This document shows, one piece after another, positions 49,113 to 62,800 of a stretch of 64,000 nucleotides of DNA (positions are counted from its first letter, which is position 1; every line of letters begins with the position of its first letter). The position numbers and the translations under genes were made by a program. The DNA is from Azolla caroliniana. Its lineage: Eukaryota > Plantae > Polypodiophyta. The stretch covers positions 16,368,001-16,432,000 of the forward strand of contig JBHGNT010000001.1 in assembly GCA_043228905.1 (NCBI GenBank). Direction: 5' to 3'. Below the pieces are notes generated by a model that did not search any database, was not told the DNA's origin, and saw nothing but the letters and a program-made list of their open reading frames with translations.

Positions 49113-50738
49113 TCTTTAGCGGCTAGATCCTCAATTACGCTAGCCTCACACTCTTTATCTCCATTGACGCAAGCTTCGATTAGGCTTGCTCCTTCATCAT
49201 CAGATGTTTCGAACACGACGCATGTTCCGAAACATTCATCCTCCCTCAAAGTGGCCTTCTTCGTCCTCGGGTCATCATCAATCTTCTTTTCATGTAGGTT
49301 GCTTTGTTTAGGCAACTCAACTTTTTTAGATGGTCTTGTTTTTTCTACGTTTAACCTTACCAAATCAATATCATCAAGCCATTGATTACGCATATCGATC
49401 TTGTTGCACGCTCTCTTCACCACAACCCAGTCTACCACAAGCCCATTCACTTGGGTATTGTGAAGTCGATTTTTGCTCGTAGGAAAAGACCGTGACAAAT
49501 ACATTGGATGCAAAGGTATAGAAGAATAAAGCACAATATGAAAGTTCCCAGAGTTAAAAGATGAATGAAATTAAAGAGATATAAATTTAGAGGTGTTTTT
49601 CAAAAGTAGAAAAGACAAGAAAAAAGAAAAAGAAGAAAAACGCAAGAAATTAAGTAGAAAAAGCAAGGTAGAGAAAAAAGCTCATAACTTCTTCATCTCT
49701 TATCCAAATTTCAAAAGAAAAGATTTGTAAGAAATCTGACAAAGAGATGTATGACAAATTTGGATGACAAAAAAATAATAATGATATGAAAAACGCACCA
49801 CACAAACTCAAGGATATGTAAAATAAAATAAAATAAAAATGCAAGAATAACGCAACTAAAACCCTATAAATATGCGGTATTCTTAGTAATAGGAAGGAAG
49901 AATAGAAGATCTACAAGAAGAAGTGAGGAAGAAGAAGATTAGAAGAAGTGAGAAGACGATTAGTAGAAGAAAGAGAGAAGACGGAAAGACTATTTTAGTA
50001 ATAGTATATTGAAGTAGTTATTTGGGGTTGTTATTCTTGGAGTATAAGAAGATTACATTCTTTTCTTAATAATATATTCAAGTATTCTTTTCTCTTCCTC
50101 TTCTCTTCTCTATCATTTCTCTCTCTCTCCTCATCAGGTATCATCTTCGAGGAGAGTTCCCAATTCTCGTCTATCCTTCATATCCACAGCTTTCAGGAAG
50201 TACAAAGTCTTGTCCTCCTAAAGCAGCACTTGGTCTGTGGCAAGGACACGACTAAACATCTGGTCGAACTCGTCGTATACCCTCGAAGTGCTCATCTTCT
50301 TATTTTTCATTTCTATCCACTTCATCAAGACATGACGAGTCATCCTTGACAAAGCTTCCATCACAAACTCCGCTAATATTGCTCTTTCAAACTCTGACCA
50401 CATTGTCTTGCCTTCTTGAAGCTCGATGACATGTCTTTGGATGTTGTTGGCGACTATTCTCTTGAAACTTTAATTTGACGCACTTCAGACACGTCCCTCT
50501 GATTCATCTCCCTTTTGTATGCATCAAGGAACTTCGTAATGTTCCTTCTGTCAAATTGACCCTCGAGCTCCACAACATGGTCGACAGCCGTCTCCACGAT
50601 CGCATCGTTGTCCCGAGATCTCATCATTTCTTCGACGATTAGCATCATCCTTTCGAACACTCCCGCTTGATTGATTGAGGACACCATCTCCAAGTATCGG
50701 TCGATCCTCGACTTGATCCTTCCTACCTCCTCTTTCAC
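49113..50738 (-). pseudogene. gag: Element E gag, interrupted by solo LTR G
   Basis: GQFDRRNITKFLDAYKREM and GLVVDWVVVKR align with A gag (GRFGGKDATSYLEAYRAEM, GLTADWAVVKR). Confidence 0.8.
49459..50136 (+). mobile_element. Solo LTR G
   Basis: TG...CA; TSD GGTAT (49454-49458, 50137-50141); removing it restores LLEDDTQVNG in E gag. Confidence 0.9.
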
Positions 50739-51980
50739 GTCGGGTTCACCACTTAATTATGTCGTGAAAAATCCGTCACTACGTGCGGATCGTGGAGCGG
50801 AACCGCCGAGGTCTTGGATCAGAAGGATTCGAAGTTTGCACTAGCTTTAGCGAGAAAGGATTTAAGATAGATTGAGAGGGATTGATATGGAGAGAGAGAG
50901 AGAGATTGAGATTAAACCCTTGACTTTAGATTTGAGAGATAAGATACATCACCATTATGATAACTTGTTATTATTATTATTATTAATTTCTTCGTCAATT
51001 TCTTCATTAGTCCCTACTTGTTTGATTCCTCCATTCTTTTATAGATGCCCCCATGCATATGATGCATGTGAGGGTGCAAGACATGCACGTAATGCATGAA
51101 ATGCATGCGATGCATGTTTGACATGTCACTCATCCAAGCTCTCATGTATGAGATTTTACATGTGAAAAGTACAATGATAAAAGTATAACTCTAAAGTCAT
51201 GACTTAGCTTAGTGGTAAGTCATTTGTCTCTTATCTAGGAGATGCAAGGTTCTATTCTTACTTACACCTCGTAAACACAAAATTTTACAAGGCTTTAGTC
51301 TTGTATTTACAAATGTTTAACTGCATATCACGCCTTCAATTGACCTCCAATGAACCAATGGAACCGTTAGATAATTTTGTTCGTTTCACACCGAAAAATC
51401 TTCAAGACACTGTGTGGCGCGATCAACCTATTCGACCGACCCGACTGATCCATCTATCTGGTCCCATCTGTCCCGACCAGTTCGATCCACATCCAATCCC
51501 CATTCGATCCAGTTTAACCTGGATCCGTCCATCCGGTCTGGTTCCGGTTCCGTCGTCGTTCGTCCGGTTATCCAAAACCATTACGAATAGTTAAGCCACA
51601 TTCATCCACCCAAATAGTTTAGCCCAAGTCACCTTGAACATTCTGTGCTCCACACATAGACAAAAAGTAATAAGTTTTGGATTTGCTTATATATTGTGGG
51701 ATCCTGATTTGTCCTATCTATGTAGGATATCTCATAGTTTTGTTTTTCTCTTCTTCTTCTCAAACATCACACTCACATAACTTGACACTTAGTTGTTCGT
51801 TTCAAATGTAGTAAAGTACATTCAGAAGCTCTTGAAGACATCCATCTTTTCATACCAAGATATTAAACTAATATAAAATAGTATCTTCACTATTATTGTT
51901 TCATATTGTGTGTGAAGAACCACACTTGATTTTGTACATTCCATGCAATTTTCACATCGTTGCCGAAAATTTTCACGACA

Positions 51981-54353
51981 ACATGCCCACATAAGAAAGG
52001 AGAGAAGGAAGGTGGCGGCGAGAGGACATGGCCCGAGGCCAGCGTGCAGAAAAGAGAGGATGAGGCGGGCGAGGCGACCAAAGACGAAACCACGGCGGGT
52101 GCGGAAGACGAAATCGGCCGAGACCGATCCAAGCAAATGACGAGTCGGCCCAGTCGGAGGAGGATGCAACAAGGGACAGTGAGCCCAGACCAAGACGGAT
52201 GCGGAGAAGAGCCCTCCGCCCCAATTCCGGTGACTCTGGCAGTCGAGCATGTGTGCCGACATGAGACCGGAGACATGGTAGGCGACAGCGAGGAGTCTTG
52301 GGACGATGCTAGTGAAGATGAATTGGATATGGACTACGAGGAGGCCAAGGATGGAGCCGTGGCGGAGCGAAGTATAGAGGTAAGAGGCGGCGCCGAAAGA
52401 AGCGGAGTCAGAAGTCGACTCGACCGGGAATCGAACTGGTCGACATTCCGATTCAGATGGAGCGCGATCCAGACATGGATCATTCGACCGAAACCGGCCC
52501 GAGATGCGAACCAAGGTGAAGAGGACATAGGGGCCGATCAGGAGAGGAGAGGTTCGGACAAAAGTCGGGAATGCCGAGAATGCCGAGTTCCGGATAACCG
52601 AACCGAACAGGAGTTGAACCGACCCAATCAAGGGTTGGAGAAGCAAAGACCGGTGAACGCGGAGAAGGGATCGAGCGGGGTCAGTGGCAATCTGAGAGGG
52701 ATCCTCCACACCTAACCCAAAGACTTCGGCAGTTGCAGATCAACGTAAGACTGAGGCGATAAAAGGTGGCGGCGAGGGGAAGAAGGTTGTAGCAGACGAA
52801 GACACAAAAATGGCACAGATCGAGGCAAAGCAAGGGATGTGCATGTGATCACTAAGAGCCGAGAGGCAGGCACGAAGGGAACCGAAGTTCAGCATGGGAC
52901 AGTGCCAAGCTGAGGAGGTGGTCGGAGAGCCTTTCGAGATGCCAGGTCAAGAAAGAGAGGACATCACACGGTAGTGCCGAGACGGTTGCACGGATGTGGA
53001 GATAGATTGCACGGGTTGGTGGCCTCAAGAGAAGAAGGCCCGATAGGATCCTCCACACCGGTTCCGAGGACTATGGCCACTCAGCCCCCGTGGCAATGTA
53101 AGACCAAGGAGAAAGAAGGTGGTGGCGAGGGGACGAAGGCAATAGCGGGCGACGACACCGAACAAGCAATCAAGGCATCACGGAGAACGACGGGGGCCAA
53201 GCGGGTCGGCAAAAGAGGGGTGATCCTCAGGCCAAGCAACGTATTGAAGAGTACAGAGTACATCGAAGCGGAGGACCGGCATGGGTGTCGGGAAGGAAGT
53301 GTGCCTTCACAGGTAGGTACACAAAAGACAGAGCGAGAGACATACATAAGGGTCGCTCGAGGATCAAAGGACGAGCATGCATTCAGAGGAGTCGCGGCGA
53401 TTGACTGACGATGGAGGTCGGATTGAGTCTACAAAGAGGCAAGAGCAACCGAAAGGGAGGCTTGCCCGAAAGTTGACAGTTCGGGACCGGTAAAGGTCGG
53501 CACGACATTCGAGTGTCGAAATGACGGAGGACCCGGTTCGTCACCATCATCGTAATCTCTCACCTTCTTTCCCTTTTTAGTCACATTCTAGTGGATGTTC
53601 GGTTTAGTGGGGGTGGATGTCGTGAAGATTTCCGTCTACGGTGTGAAAACCGGATGGAATGGGCAAAGTCGGTAATGTGCAACATGTGCACATGTACATT
53701 AGGAAATGTATACAAAATAGTAAGGGGGATATTTATCCCACATTGCAACATCCTTCCCTCCTTGGATTATAAAAGGAGGGATGGGTCTCTTGTGAAAGGG
53801 TGCTCATTTTGAGTTAGGAGGGTATACCGTTAGATCTAAGGTATGGTAGTTTGTCTCTTCTTCTTACTTTCTTACTTTCTTTTAGGGTTTCTTTTAGGTC
53901 TTCTTCTTCGTCATCGTGTGGGTGCAGTCTTCTTCGCTTCCGCTTTGTCTACTGTACAAGACCCCACTCGACGCAACGAGCCTGAGAGCTCCCCCATCGG
54001 TGGCTTGGCATCAGACTACCGCTATAACCTAATCTACCTTATACCGGCTCGAAGCCGGAGTTGTATCTTGCTCTTGTCTATATATATAAGTGAAATTATG
54101 TGCATTTGTGTCTTTGGAGTTCTTTCTTTCCAGTTTCTGTACATAGGAAGTGTGTGTCTAATCGATGTTGCATGCATGTCCTTTCCCTCTCTCATTCGAT
54201 TGCTTCCGGTACAAATCTAGAAACGCTCTAGTCGGCGTTTTGGCCGGTCGCCAAAAACAGTGAAGCTTAACCTTCCATGCTCCGTTTCTCTCAAGTCCAA
54301 GACCCATGTGGTCCCACCCCGGATCTAACACATACCCGTGGATTTCCGCGACA
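51981..54353 (+). mobile_element. Element I: 3' internal region, PPT and 3' LTR of a TGTCG/CGACA-group element
   Basis: PPT GGTTTAGTGGGGGTGGA at 53601-53617, nearly identical to the E PPT; LTR 53618-54353; U5 motif at 54294. Confidence 0.75.
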
Positions 54354-54399
54354 ACATACCAATCAAACACTGGAACAGTATCTTCGGTGTTTCCTAAGC

Positions 54400-55110
54400 T
54401 ATCAACAAGATGATTAGGCAAATATGCTACACTTTGTTGATTTTGCTTATAATAATTATTTTCACTCCTCTACTAGGGTTACACCATTTTATGCTTGTAT
54501 AGGCTATCATCCTCGTTGGTGTGTGTTTGAAACTCCTGAGTTACCCACAAATCCTAGTGCAGAGGATCATTTGGAGCGGCTACGATGAATTCAAGCAGAA
54601 CTCTCTACCCACTTACATCACGCCCAACAAACATAGAAGGATTATGTGGATCCTTATCGGCTTCCATCCTCTTTTGATATTGGCGATGGAATATGGCTAT
54701 TATGACAGCACCTCAAGACTACTCGACCATGTGACAAACTGGATTATCGACGGTTAGGGCCTTTCCGTATTAACGGAAAAATTAATGATGTCACTTTTCA
54801 TCTTGATCTACCTCCGCAACTACGGATACATCCAGTATTTCATAGTTCCCTTCTAGAACCCTATTAGGACAACACTATTCCAGTTCGTATTACACCACCT
54901 CCACCCCCGATCGAACTTGACGATGGACCTGAGTACGACGTTTCCACCATCCTCAATTCCAAGATTGTTCACAACAAGCTCTACTATTTGGTTGATTAGC
55001 TAGGATATAGTCCAAGCAAGCGTACATGGGAACTAGTGGTGAATGTGGCCAATGCTCGAGCTCTTCTTGAGGACTTCCATCGTCAATATCCAAACATGCC
55101 AAGTCCCAAA
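54400..55110 (+). pseudogene. pol: Degenerate chromovirus integrase C-terminus and chromodomain
   Basis: PCDKLDYRRLGPF..IHPVFHSSLLEP..PEYDVSTILNSK..YYLVD*LGY..TWE. Confidence 0.82.
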
Positions 55111-55178
55111 TCAAAGATGACTCGTAATACTTGTCTTGTAACTTTTCTTCATATAATATACCACTTGTTATCATCATC

Positions 55179-55182
<4 letters not shown>

Positions 55183-55222
<40 letters not shown>
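55183..55222. repeat. (TC)n microsatellite
   Basis: TC dinucleotide run. Confidence 0.9.
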
Positions 55223-55225
<3 letters not shown>

Positions 55226-55379
55226 TCTCTCATGAGTCCCACATACTCCATTCCTCTTATTACTAATCCTCATAGTAATTTCCTCCTCTATCTCTAGTAC
55301 TAATTCCCTCTCTGTCTTTAATACTATTCCTAACAATGGGTACTCAAAATCAAATACAACACCTACGGCTTTATCAACC

Positions 55380-56728
55380 GATACAAGGCCTGACTAGTGG
55401 CCAAGGGCTATGCATAGCAACACGGGATCGAGTACGATGTGACGTTTGCGCCGGTCACAAAGATGACGATCATCCGTGTGTTGCTGGCGGTAACGATGGC
55501 AAAGGAATGGCATCTACACCAAATGGATGTCAAGAATGTGTTCTTGCAAGGAGAGCTTGACACACAAGTGTATATGGCGTAGCCTCCCGGATTGAACACG
55601 TTGGCCATTTGCCGACTAAAGAAGTCGTTGTATGGATTAAAGCAAGCTCGTCATGTCTTGAATACAAAGATCACGCAATGAATGCATTGGATGGGGTTTG
55701 CTCTGTCAAAGTCGGACTCATCACTATTCATTTGGCAAGGTCGGAATGGGCCGATATGTATTTGTTTTACGTTGATGATTTAGTCATTGCCGATGCCGAG
55801 ATTGACGAAATCGACCACACGAAGTCCCTACTTGCGGCATCGTTCGAAGTGAAGAATTGGGGGACCTTCATTACTTCGTTGAGATCGAAGTGATCCACAC
55901 CCCAGAAGGCATACTGATCAGCCAACATCATTACGTGTTGAGTATGCTCTTCAAGTTCAGAATGGCGTATTGTATCTATCTCGACTCCTCTTGAAAGGAA
56001 TATCAAGCTTCACCTTGGATCGGGGTGAACTTGTGATGCAACACAGTTCCAACAGATTGTCGGAAGCCTTATCTATTTTGACCATCACTCGGCCGAACCT
56101 TAGCTATCCAGTAGGTCTGGTCAGTCAATTCATGTCAGAGCCGACGTCCAACCACCCTCAGTGTGCGCATCGAATCTTGCGATATGTGAGCGGCATGAAG
56201 GATAGAGGGTTGCTATATCGGGCAAGTAAAGCCAAACAGCTTGTCAACTACGTGGATGTCAACTAGGCCGGAAATGTTGGCAATCGTAGGTCAACATCCA
56301 AGTTCGCGTTTTCATTGGGAAGCGTCGCGATCACTTGGAGCAGCAAAAGGCAGCCGACAATGGCACTGTCGAGCATTGAGGCCAAATACAGAGCAACAGT
56401 TGTTGCAATCTGTGAAGCCATCTAGCTGAAGAGACTATTGAAGGATCTGCAGGAGGACGTGTTTGATCCGAAAGTCATATACTATGACTACTTCAACAGC
56501 ATCCAACTCGCTAAAAATCTTGTCTTCCACGCCCGGACGAAGCACATTGAGGTGCACTATCATTTCATCCGCGTGCAAGTCCTCTCCAATGAAGTCAAAC
56601 TTGTGCATGTTCTAATGGATCGACAAGTTGTTGATATTTTCACCAAACCTCTCGTCTTGGACAAGTTGCAACAATTCTTGACTTTGCTTGGTCGACAACA
56701 TCTCGACTTTCTGAACCTAAGGGGGAGA
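55380..56728 (+). pseudogene. pol: Degenerate Copia RT-RNase H
   Basis: LVAKG, HQMDVKN, LKKSLYGLKQA, YVDDL, TRPNLSY, HARTKHIEVHYHFIR, then AAGGGGGAG. Confidence 0.88.
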
Positions 56729-57152
56729 AACTAAAGCCGAAGAAAAGGCGAGAGGGGGAGAGATGTCCAAGAAGCCGAATCGGGTGAAGAATTCGATCTC
56801 CGAACTACTGAAGAAGCCGAGGACATGACGGACGTATGGACAGTTGGAAGAAGATCGGCTAAGTGGCTCAAACTAGCTAGATGTAGGGGGAGCACCCGAA
56901 AGAACGAGCCAAAGCCAAAGTCAACCAAACAAGGGGAGGCAGAGCCAAGAAGGGTAGAGCCAACAAAGTGAAGGTGAGGACCAGGAAATCGGCAAATGTG
57001 GTCAAGGGTCAGAAAGAAGGTGAATCGGAGATAGCCGATTCGGACAAGAGTAGGAATGAATGGAGACAGTTGATTCGGTCGAATGGTATGATTCAGTCGA
57101 ATCGCACGAAGGCCAAGCGAACTAAACGGCAGCCAAAGGCGATGGTGATACA

Positions 57153-57260
57153 TGTCATGGGTAGAAAATATACACAAGAGAGTAGAAGATAATCAAATGG
57201 ATGAGTTGATTAATTGAAAGACTCTATAACTGGCATTGTTCACCTTGATTGTAATCGAGG
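57153..57260 (-). repeat. Truncated LTR related to the J LTR
   Basis: TGTCATGG..GAAGATAATCAAATGGA..GAAAGACTCTATAACTGGCATTGTTCACCTTGA resembles 59453-59560. Confidence 0.65.
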
Positions 57261-57269
57261 TTGCACCTA

Positions 57270-58656
57270 GATATAATGCCCGCATTGTGTTGAAGAGGTT
57301 TCAACAGAAAAAGGTTGTCGACTTCAACGAGATATTCGCACTAGTCGTAAAGATGACATCGATCATAACTGTTATGAGCATAGCTGTCAGTATGGACTTG
57401 GAGATCGAACAGTTAGATGTCAAGACAACATTCTTGCATGGGAAACTAGATGAAGAGATCTACATGCAGCAACCCGAAGTCTTTGAGGAGAAGGGGAAAG
57501 AGAACTTGGCGTGTCGACTGAAGAAAAGCTTGTATGGGTTGAAACAAGCTCCACGCTAATGGTACAAGAAGTTTGAATCCTTCATGGTAGAACATCGGTT
57601 CTAGAAAACACAAGTTGATCACTGTGTGTTTGTCAAAAGGTACAATGAAGGTGATTTCATTATTCTCTTTCTTATATGTGGATGACATGTTGATAGTCAG
57701 ACAAGACACGAAGAGGATCGTGAGCTTGAAGAAAGCACTAGGCAAATCATTTGGCATGAAAGATCTTGGACCTACAAAACTGATCTGAGGGATGCAGATA
57801 GTTTGGGACAGAACTAAGAAAGTGTTGTGGTTGTCACAAGAGAAATATGTGACAAAGATCTTGGAGAGGTTCAACATGTCGGAAGCAAAGCCAGTTGGCT
57901 CTATGTTGCCCACCAACTGCAAGCTGAATGCTAAGCAATGCCCGAGAGGGGAGAAAGCAAAGGATGGGATGAGGAAAGCACCATATGCCTCAGCCGTAGG
58001 CAGTTTAATGTATGCTATGGTCACGAGACTAGAAATAGCATTTGTTGTGGGGATAGTAAGCCGATATATGAGTAATCCAGGAAGAGAACATTAAGCAGTT
58101 GTTAAATGGATACTCAAGTACTTGAAAGGCACCTCGGGGGTATGCCTGAGGTATGGTGTCAGAAAACCCATGCTCGAAGGGTTTACCGACTCGTACATGT
58201 CGGGGGGACACAGACTCAAGTCGATCCACATCAGGGTACGTCATGACCTATGCATGGGGAGTAGTGTTGTGGTAGGCACGACTTTCAGAAATCTGTGGCC
58301 TTGTTGACCACAGAGGCAAAGTATATGGCAGTAGTAGCGGCCGACAAAGAGCTAATCTAGATGAGAAATTTTCTCAATGAGTTGGGGATGAAGCAAAAGG
58401 AATTCGTGCTTCATTGTGATAGCCAGAGCTCCATACACCTAGCCAAGAATGTAGTGTACCACTCCCGGACCAAACATTTATAGAGGAGGTATCACTAGTT
58501 GCGGGAGAAAGTGGAGGAAGGAGAGTTTACCCTTGTGATGATCCATACTGACGACAATGGATCCTACATGCTCACGAAGAACCTACTGATGGACAAACTC
58601 AGAGCCTATTGACAAAGGATAGGAATAACCAACTCCATCCATAGGAGTGAAGGGGA
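57270..58656 (+). pseudogene. pol: Degenerate Copia (Tnt1/Tork-like) RT-RNase H and PPT
   Basis: EQLDVKTTFLHG, LKKSLYGLKQAPR, YVDDML, APYASAVGSLMYAM, HSRTKH; PPT GGAGTGAAGGGGA. Confidence 0.88.
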
Positions 58657-58847
58657 ATGCACAGAATACATAGATTTACATGGAAACCCTATACGGGGAA
58701 AACCACGAGAATAGAGATCCACTATACAATGAAGAATACAAAGGAGACAATATACAACAATCTCTCTACATAGAGTGTATCAGCCACGCAAGGCTCTTGA
58801 CGTCTAAGCTCACATAGTTATGGCGTTGCTCTCTTTGTCACTCACTC
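58657..58847 (-). repeat. LTR fragment in opposite orientation to 58848-59452
   Basis: TGGAAACCCTATACGGGGAAAACCACG is the reverse-complement counterpart of CGTGGTTTTTCCCGTTTAGGGTTTTCCA at about 59385. Confidence 0.5.
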
Positions 58848-59452
58848 TGTTAGGATTTTGGTCCCTCCAAATGGGATATCACTACCCAGTAAGGAAGACC
58901 CGATGAGAACCAGATGAACAAGGCCCGACAAGAGCCGAATGATGCAGACCCGGTGAGGATCGGATGACGAGTACCCGGTGAGGAAGGCCCGGTGAGAACC
59001 GTATGGTGAAGACCCGGCAAGAGCTGGATGATGCAGACCCGGTGAGAACCGCTCACCAGATGAAGGGACATATTTGTAAATATGTTTCTGAGAGCCCAAT
59101 GGGGCTATATTTGTAAATAGCCCGAAAGTCATATTAGTATAAATATGACCTAGGGCAAACATGTGTGTGTGTGTGTGTTGTCATTATTTTGTATAGTGTT
59201 ATTGGTGTAACTGTTGTACAGAGCGTACTGGAGAGAAAGAGAGAGAGACAGAGAGAGACAGAGAGACAGAGTGAGTCTCTGTTGTAACCGCCGCCAGACA
59301 AAGATTGTGAGCACGAGGTCGTTGCCTCTATGTTCCCCTGTTGTATTCTCCTTACATAGTGATAGTTCGGAGTCTGTGGGCTCCCGTGGTTTTTCCCGTT
59401 TAGGGTTTTCCACGTTAACATCTTGTGCATTCTCTTCTGTTTGTGTACTTAC
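58848..59452 (+). repeat. Copia-type LTR with about 25-bp internal repeats, interrupted by J
   Basis: TGTTAGG start; GACCCGGTGAGAACC..ATGATGCA-like units at 58897-59050; TATAAATA; U5-like GTGGTTTTTCCC. Confidence 0.7.
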
Positions 59453-59814
59453 TGTCACGGATCATAAACTCAAGAGACAACCAAGAAGATAACCAAATGG
59501 ACAAGAAAGAAGATAGTACTAAAGGAAAGACTCCATAACTGGTGTTGTTCACCTTGAATTCCTTCAAGGTGAACTCCTCTATTTATACTACATGGCATGC
59601 ATACTTGTTGCACGCATGTGAATCTACAATAGAGCATGTAGGTATGCATGCATGTGCCAAGTGTAAATACTACAAGGGAGCAACTATGCACATGATGCTA
59701 GCAAAATAATAAGGACCAATTACATACATAACTAGTACTACATATCTTGGTTAACTCATAATAGTAGATTATAACATGGTCGTGTCAAGAGTTCGAATCT
59801 TGACATTATCCCCC

Positions 59815-62800
59815 TTCTTACGCCGCCTTCCCAAATCGGCCGCTGGTTTGTGGGGATATCGGTGATGAAAATCTTGGACGACCTCTGGGGCATTTTGTAA
59901 ATTTGTCGATGGTTCCCATGTGGCCTCAGACATGGGGTAACCCCTCCATAGGACGAGGTATTGCAAGTGTCAACGGTGCCAACGCGAGTCAAGGATTTGG
60001 TCGACCTCGTATTCCTCCCCTGTCGTCAATTGCACAGGTGGTGGTGGTGGGGCTTGACGTCCTGGGAGTTGTGAAGCATAATGGGGTTCGAGGAGGGAGA
60101 CATGAAAAACATCGTGAATCCGGAAGTGGGATGGAAGGGCGAGCCGGAAGGCGACGGGATTGATGCACTCGATGATACGGAATGGTCCCAACTTCTTGTA
60201 ATGAAGTTTCGCACATGGATGAGTAGTAGAGATGTATCGACGTAACAACCAGACCGTGTCTCCAACGACAAAGTGTGGAGTGGAAGATCGATGGCGATCA
60301 GCCTGCTTCTTGTATCGTTCACTAGCAAGACTAAGCTCCAAGGATAAATCATGATGTACTTCTTCCAAAATGCGGGCACGATCCTCCGCCGAAGGGTTCA
60401 CGGAAGTGGTAGGAAGGGAAATGTTGAAGCGAGGATGTAAACCGTAGTTGGCAAAGAAGGGAGTGACGCCAGTCGATGCATGGAGAGAATTATTGTAGGC
60501 GAATTCCGCGAGCGAAAGTAAGTTGACCCAATCATCTTGTTGGTAACTAACCGAGCACCGAAGATACTGCTCAAGGATTTGGTTGACACGCTCCGTTTGC
60601 CCGTCAGTTTGGGGGTGATAAGCGGAGGACAACTTGACAGAGATGCCTAAAGTTTGTAGCAGGCGCTGCCAGAAGTGAGAGACAAACTGGGGTCCGCGAT
60701 CCGAGATGACATCATCGGGGAGTCCATGCAAGCGTACTACATTGTTGAGTAGGAGATGCACCATTCCTTCTCCGGAAATGGTTTTGGAGCATGGAGTGAA
60801 GTGAGCCATCTTTGTAAACCGATCGACAACGACCAACACCGAGTCATAGCTATTGACCAAGGGTAGATCAGTTATCAGGTCCATAGAGATAGAGGCCCAA
60901 GGACGACAAGGACATGGAAGCGGCTGTAGTAAGCCGTATGGCCGATGATGAATGGCTTTGGAGCGAGCACAAACCTCACAACTCTTTATGTATTCTTTGA
61001 CCAGCTTCCATGGTTGTGGCCACCAATACCCCCGAGAGATTAGCTCGAGGGTTTTCGCGACCCCGAAATGACCTGCAAGTGGTTCATCGTGGCATTCCCG
61101 CAACACCCGGGTGCGACATGGGCCCTCTGGGATGTATAAGAGATGATCTCGGAACAACAAACCCTCTTGTATGGTGAAGGTGTCAAGATCCTTCCTTTTG
61201 GTCGCCTTGGAGGGGTTTTGCAGACTATCTCGAATCTCGTTAGCGAACGCATCGGTCTTGGATGCATCAGTGATTTGTTGGAGTAAAGAATCATCCTGCA
61301 ACATACAAGTGGCAAACAAATGCAATTGGTCGGGTTTCAACAAACGTCTAGATTGTTGAGCATAAGCAGCATCACCAGGGCGGAGTGCAAGGTCAGCTCG
61401 GCGAGAAAGGGCATCAGCCTTCCCATGTTGGCCACCAGGTCGAAATATGATCTCAAAATCGTAGTCGGCGAGAAATGTCGACCAACGGGCCTGCCTTCGA
61501 TTCAAAGTACGAGTGGTGGAAAAATAAACTAAATTTTTATGATCAGTCACTACCTGGACACGATGTTGTGCGCCGGCCAAGTAGGGTCGCCATTCTTCAA
61601 AGGCAGCAATGATAGCCGCAAGCTCCTTGTCGTAAATGGGATAATTGATTTCGGATGCCGTAAATTTTCGGGAATAGTAAGCCACTGGGTGCATTAGGTT
61701 GTTGTCGTCTGCTTGGGATAAGATGGCGCCAATGGCAAAGTCAGAGGCATCGGTTTCGACTTGGAAGGGTTTTGTGGGGTCGGCATGTAGCAGCACCGGG
61801 GCAGTGATGAATGCGTGTTTGAGTGAGTCGAATGCATTTTGTGCCTCCGAGGTCCATAAAAATGGAGTGCCTTTATGGGTGAGAGCGATAAGAGGTTGTG
61901 CTAGGGTGGAAAACCCCTTGATGAAGCGACGGTAAAAATTCGCGAAGCCGAGGAAGGATTGCACATCTTTAAGTTGCCTTGGAGTCGCCCACGCCTGAAT
62001 GACAGAGACCTTCTTCATATCCATGGTGATGCCAGTGGGCGAGATGATGTAGCCTAGAAATTCAATCGAGGTACGGTCGAACTCGCATTTCTCGCCTTTG
62101 GCATAAAGGCCATGCTTGCGAAGTTTGGCAAGAACTAATCGGACTTGGCGAGTGTGCTCCTCCATGTTTGGCGAGAAAATGAGAATATCATCGAGGTAAA
62201 TGACAACAAAAAGATCAAGATATTCCCGGAAAATATCGTTCATCATATGTTGAAAAACTGTGGGAGCGTTAGTAAGACCAAAAGGCATTACCTTGTATTC
62301 GAAATGCCCATACCGTGTTCGAAATGCGGTTTTCCATTCATCCCCCGGCTTGATGCGTACTAGATTGTACGCTCCACGCAGATCAACTTTGGAGAAGACA
62401 CGCGCAACTCGGAGCCGATCAAGGAGTTTGGGGATCAAAGGTAGCGGATAGCGGTTGCACACAGTGAGTTTGTTGAGACCTCGGTAATCGACGCATAAGC
62501 GTAGAGAGCCGTCCTTCTTCTTCACAAATAAAATGGGGGCCCCGGCTGGTGACTTAGAAGGTTGAATAAAGCCTTTCTCGAGGTTCTCATCGAGATACAC
62601 ACGAAGGGCCTTCAACTCTGGTGCAGACAACGCATATAGAGGACCAAAGGGTGGACACGCACCTTCTTGAAGATCAATCGGACAGTCGTAGAGCCGGTGT
62701 TCAGGCAACCGATCAGCATTACATTTTTCAAATACGTCGGAGAAGTGTTGGGATTTTTCGGGAATAACATGGAGTGTGTTAGAAATGGCGCCACAAACAA

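Larger units (their letters stand above)
29103..51980 (-). mobile_element. Element E: gag-only, tRNA-Trp-primed LTR element hosting C, D, F and G
   Basis: 5' LTR 50760-51980; PBS TGGTGAACCCGACGTGAA at 50734-50751; PPT GGTTTGGTGGGGGTGGA at about 40150-40166; 3' LTR split into 29103-29317 and 39185-40149. Confidence 0.88.
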
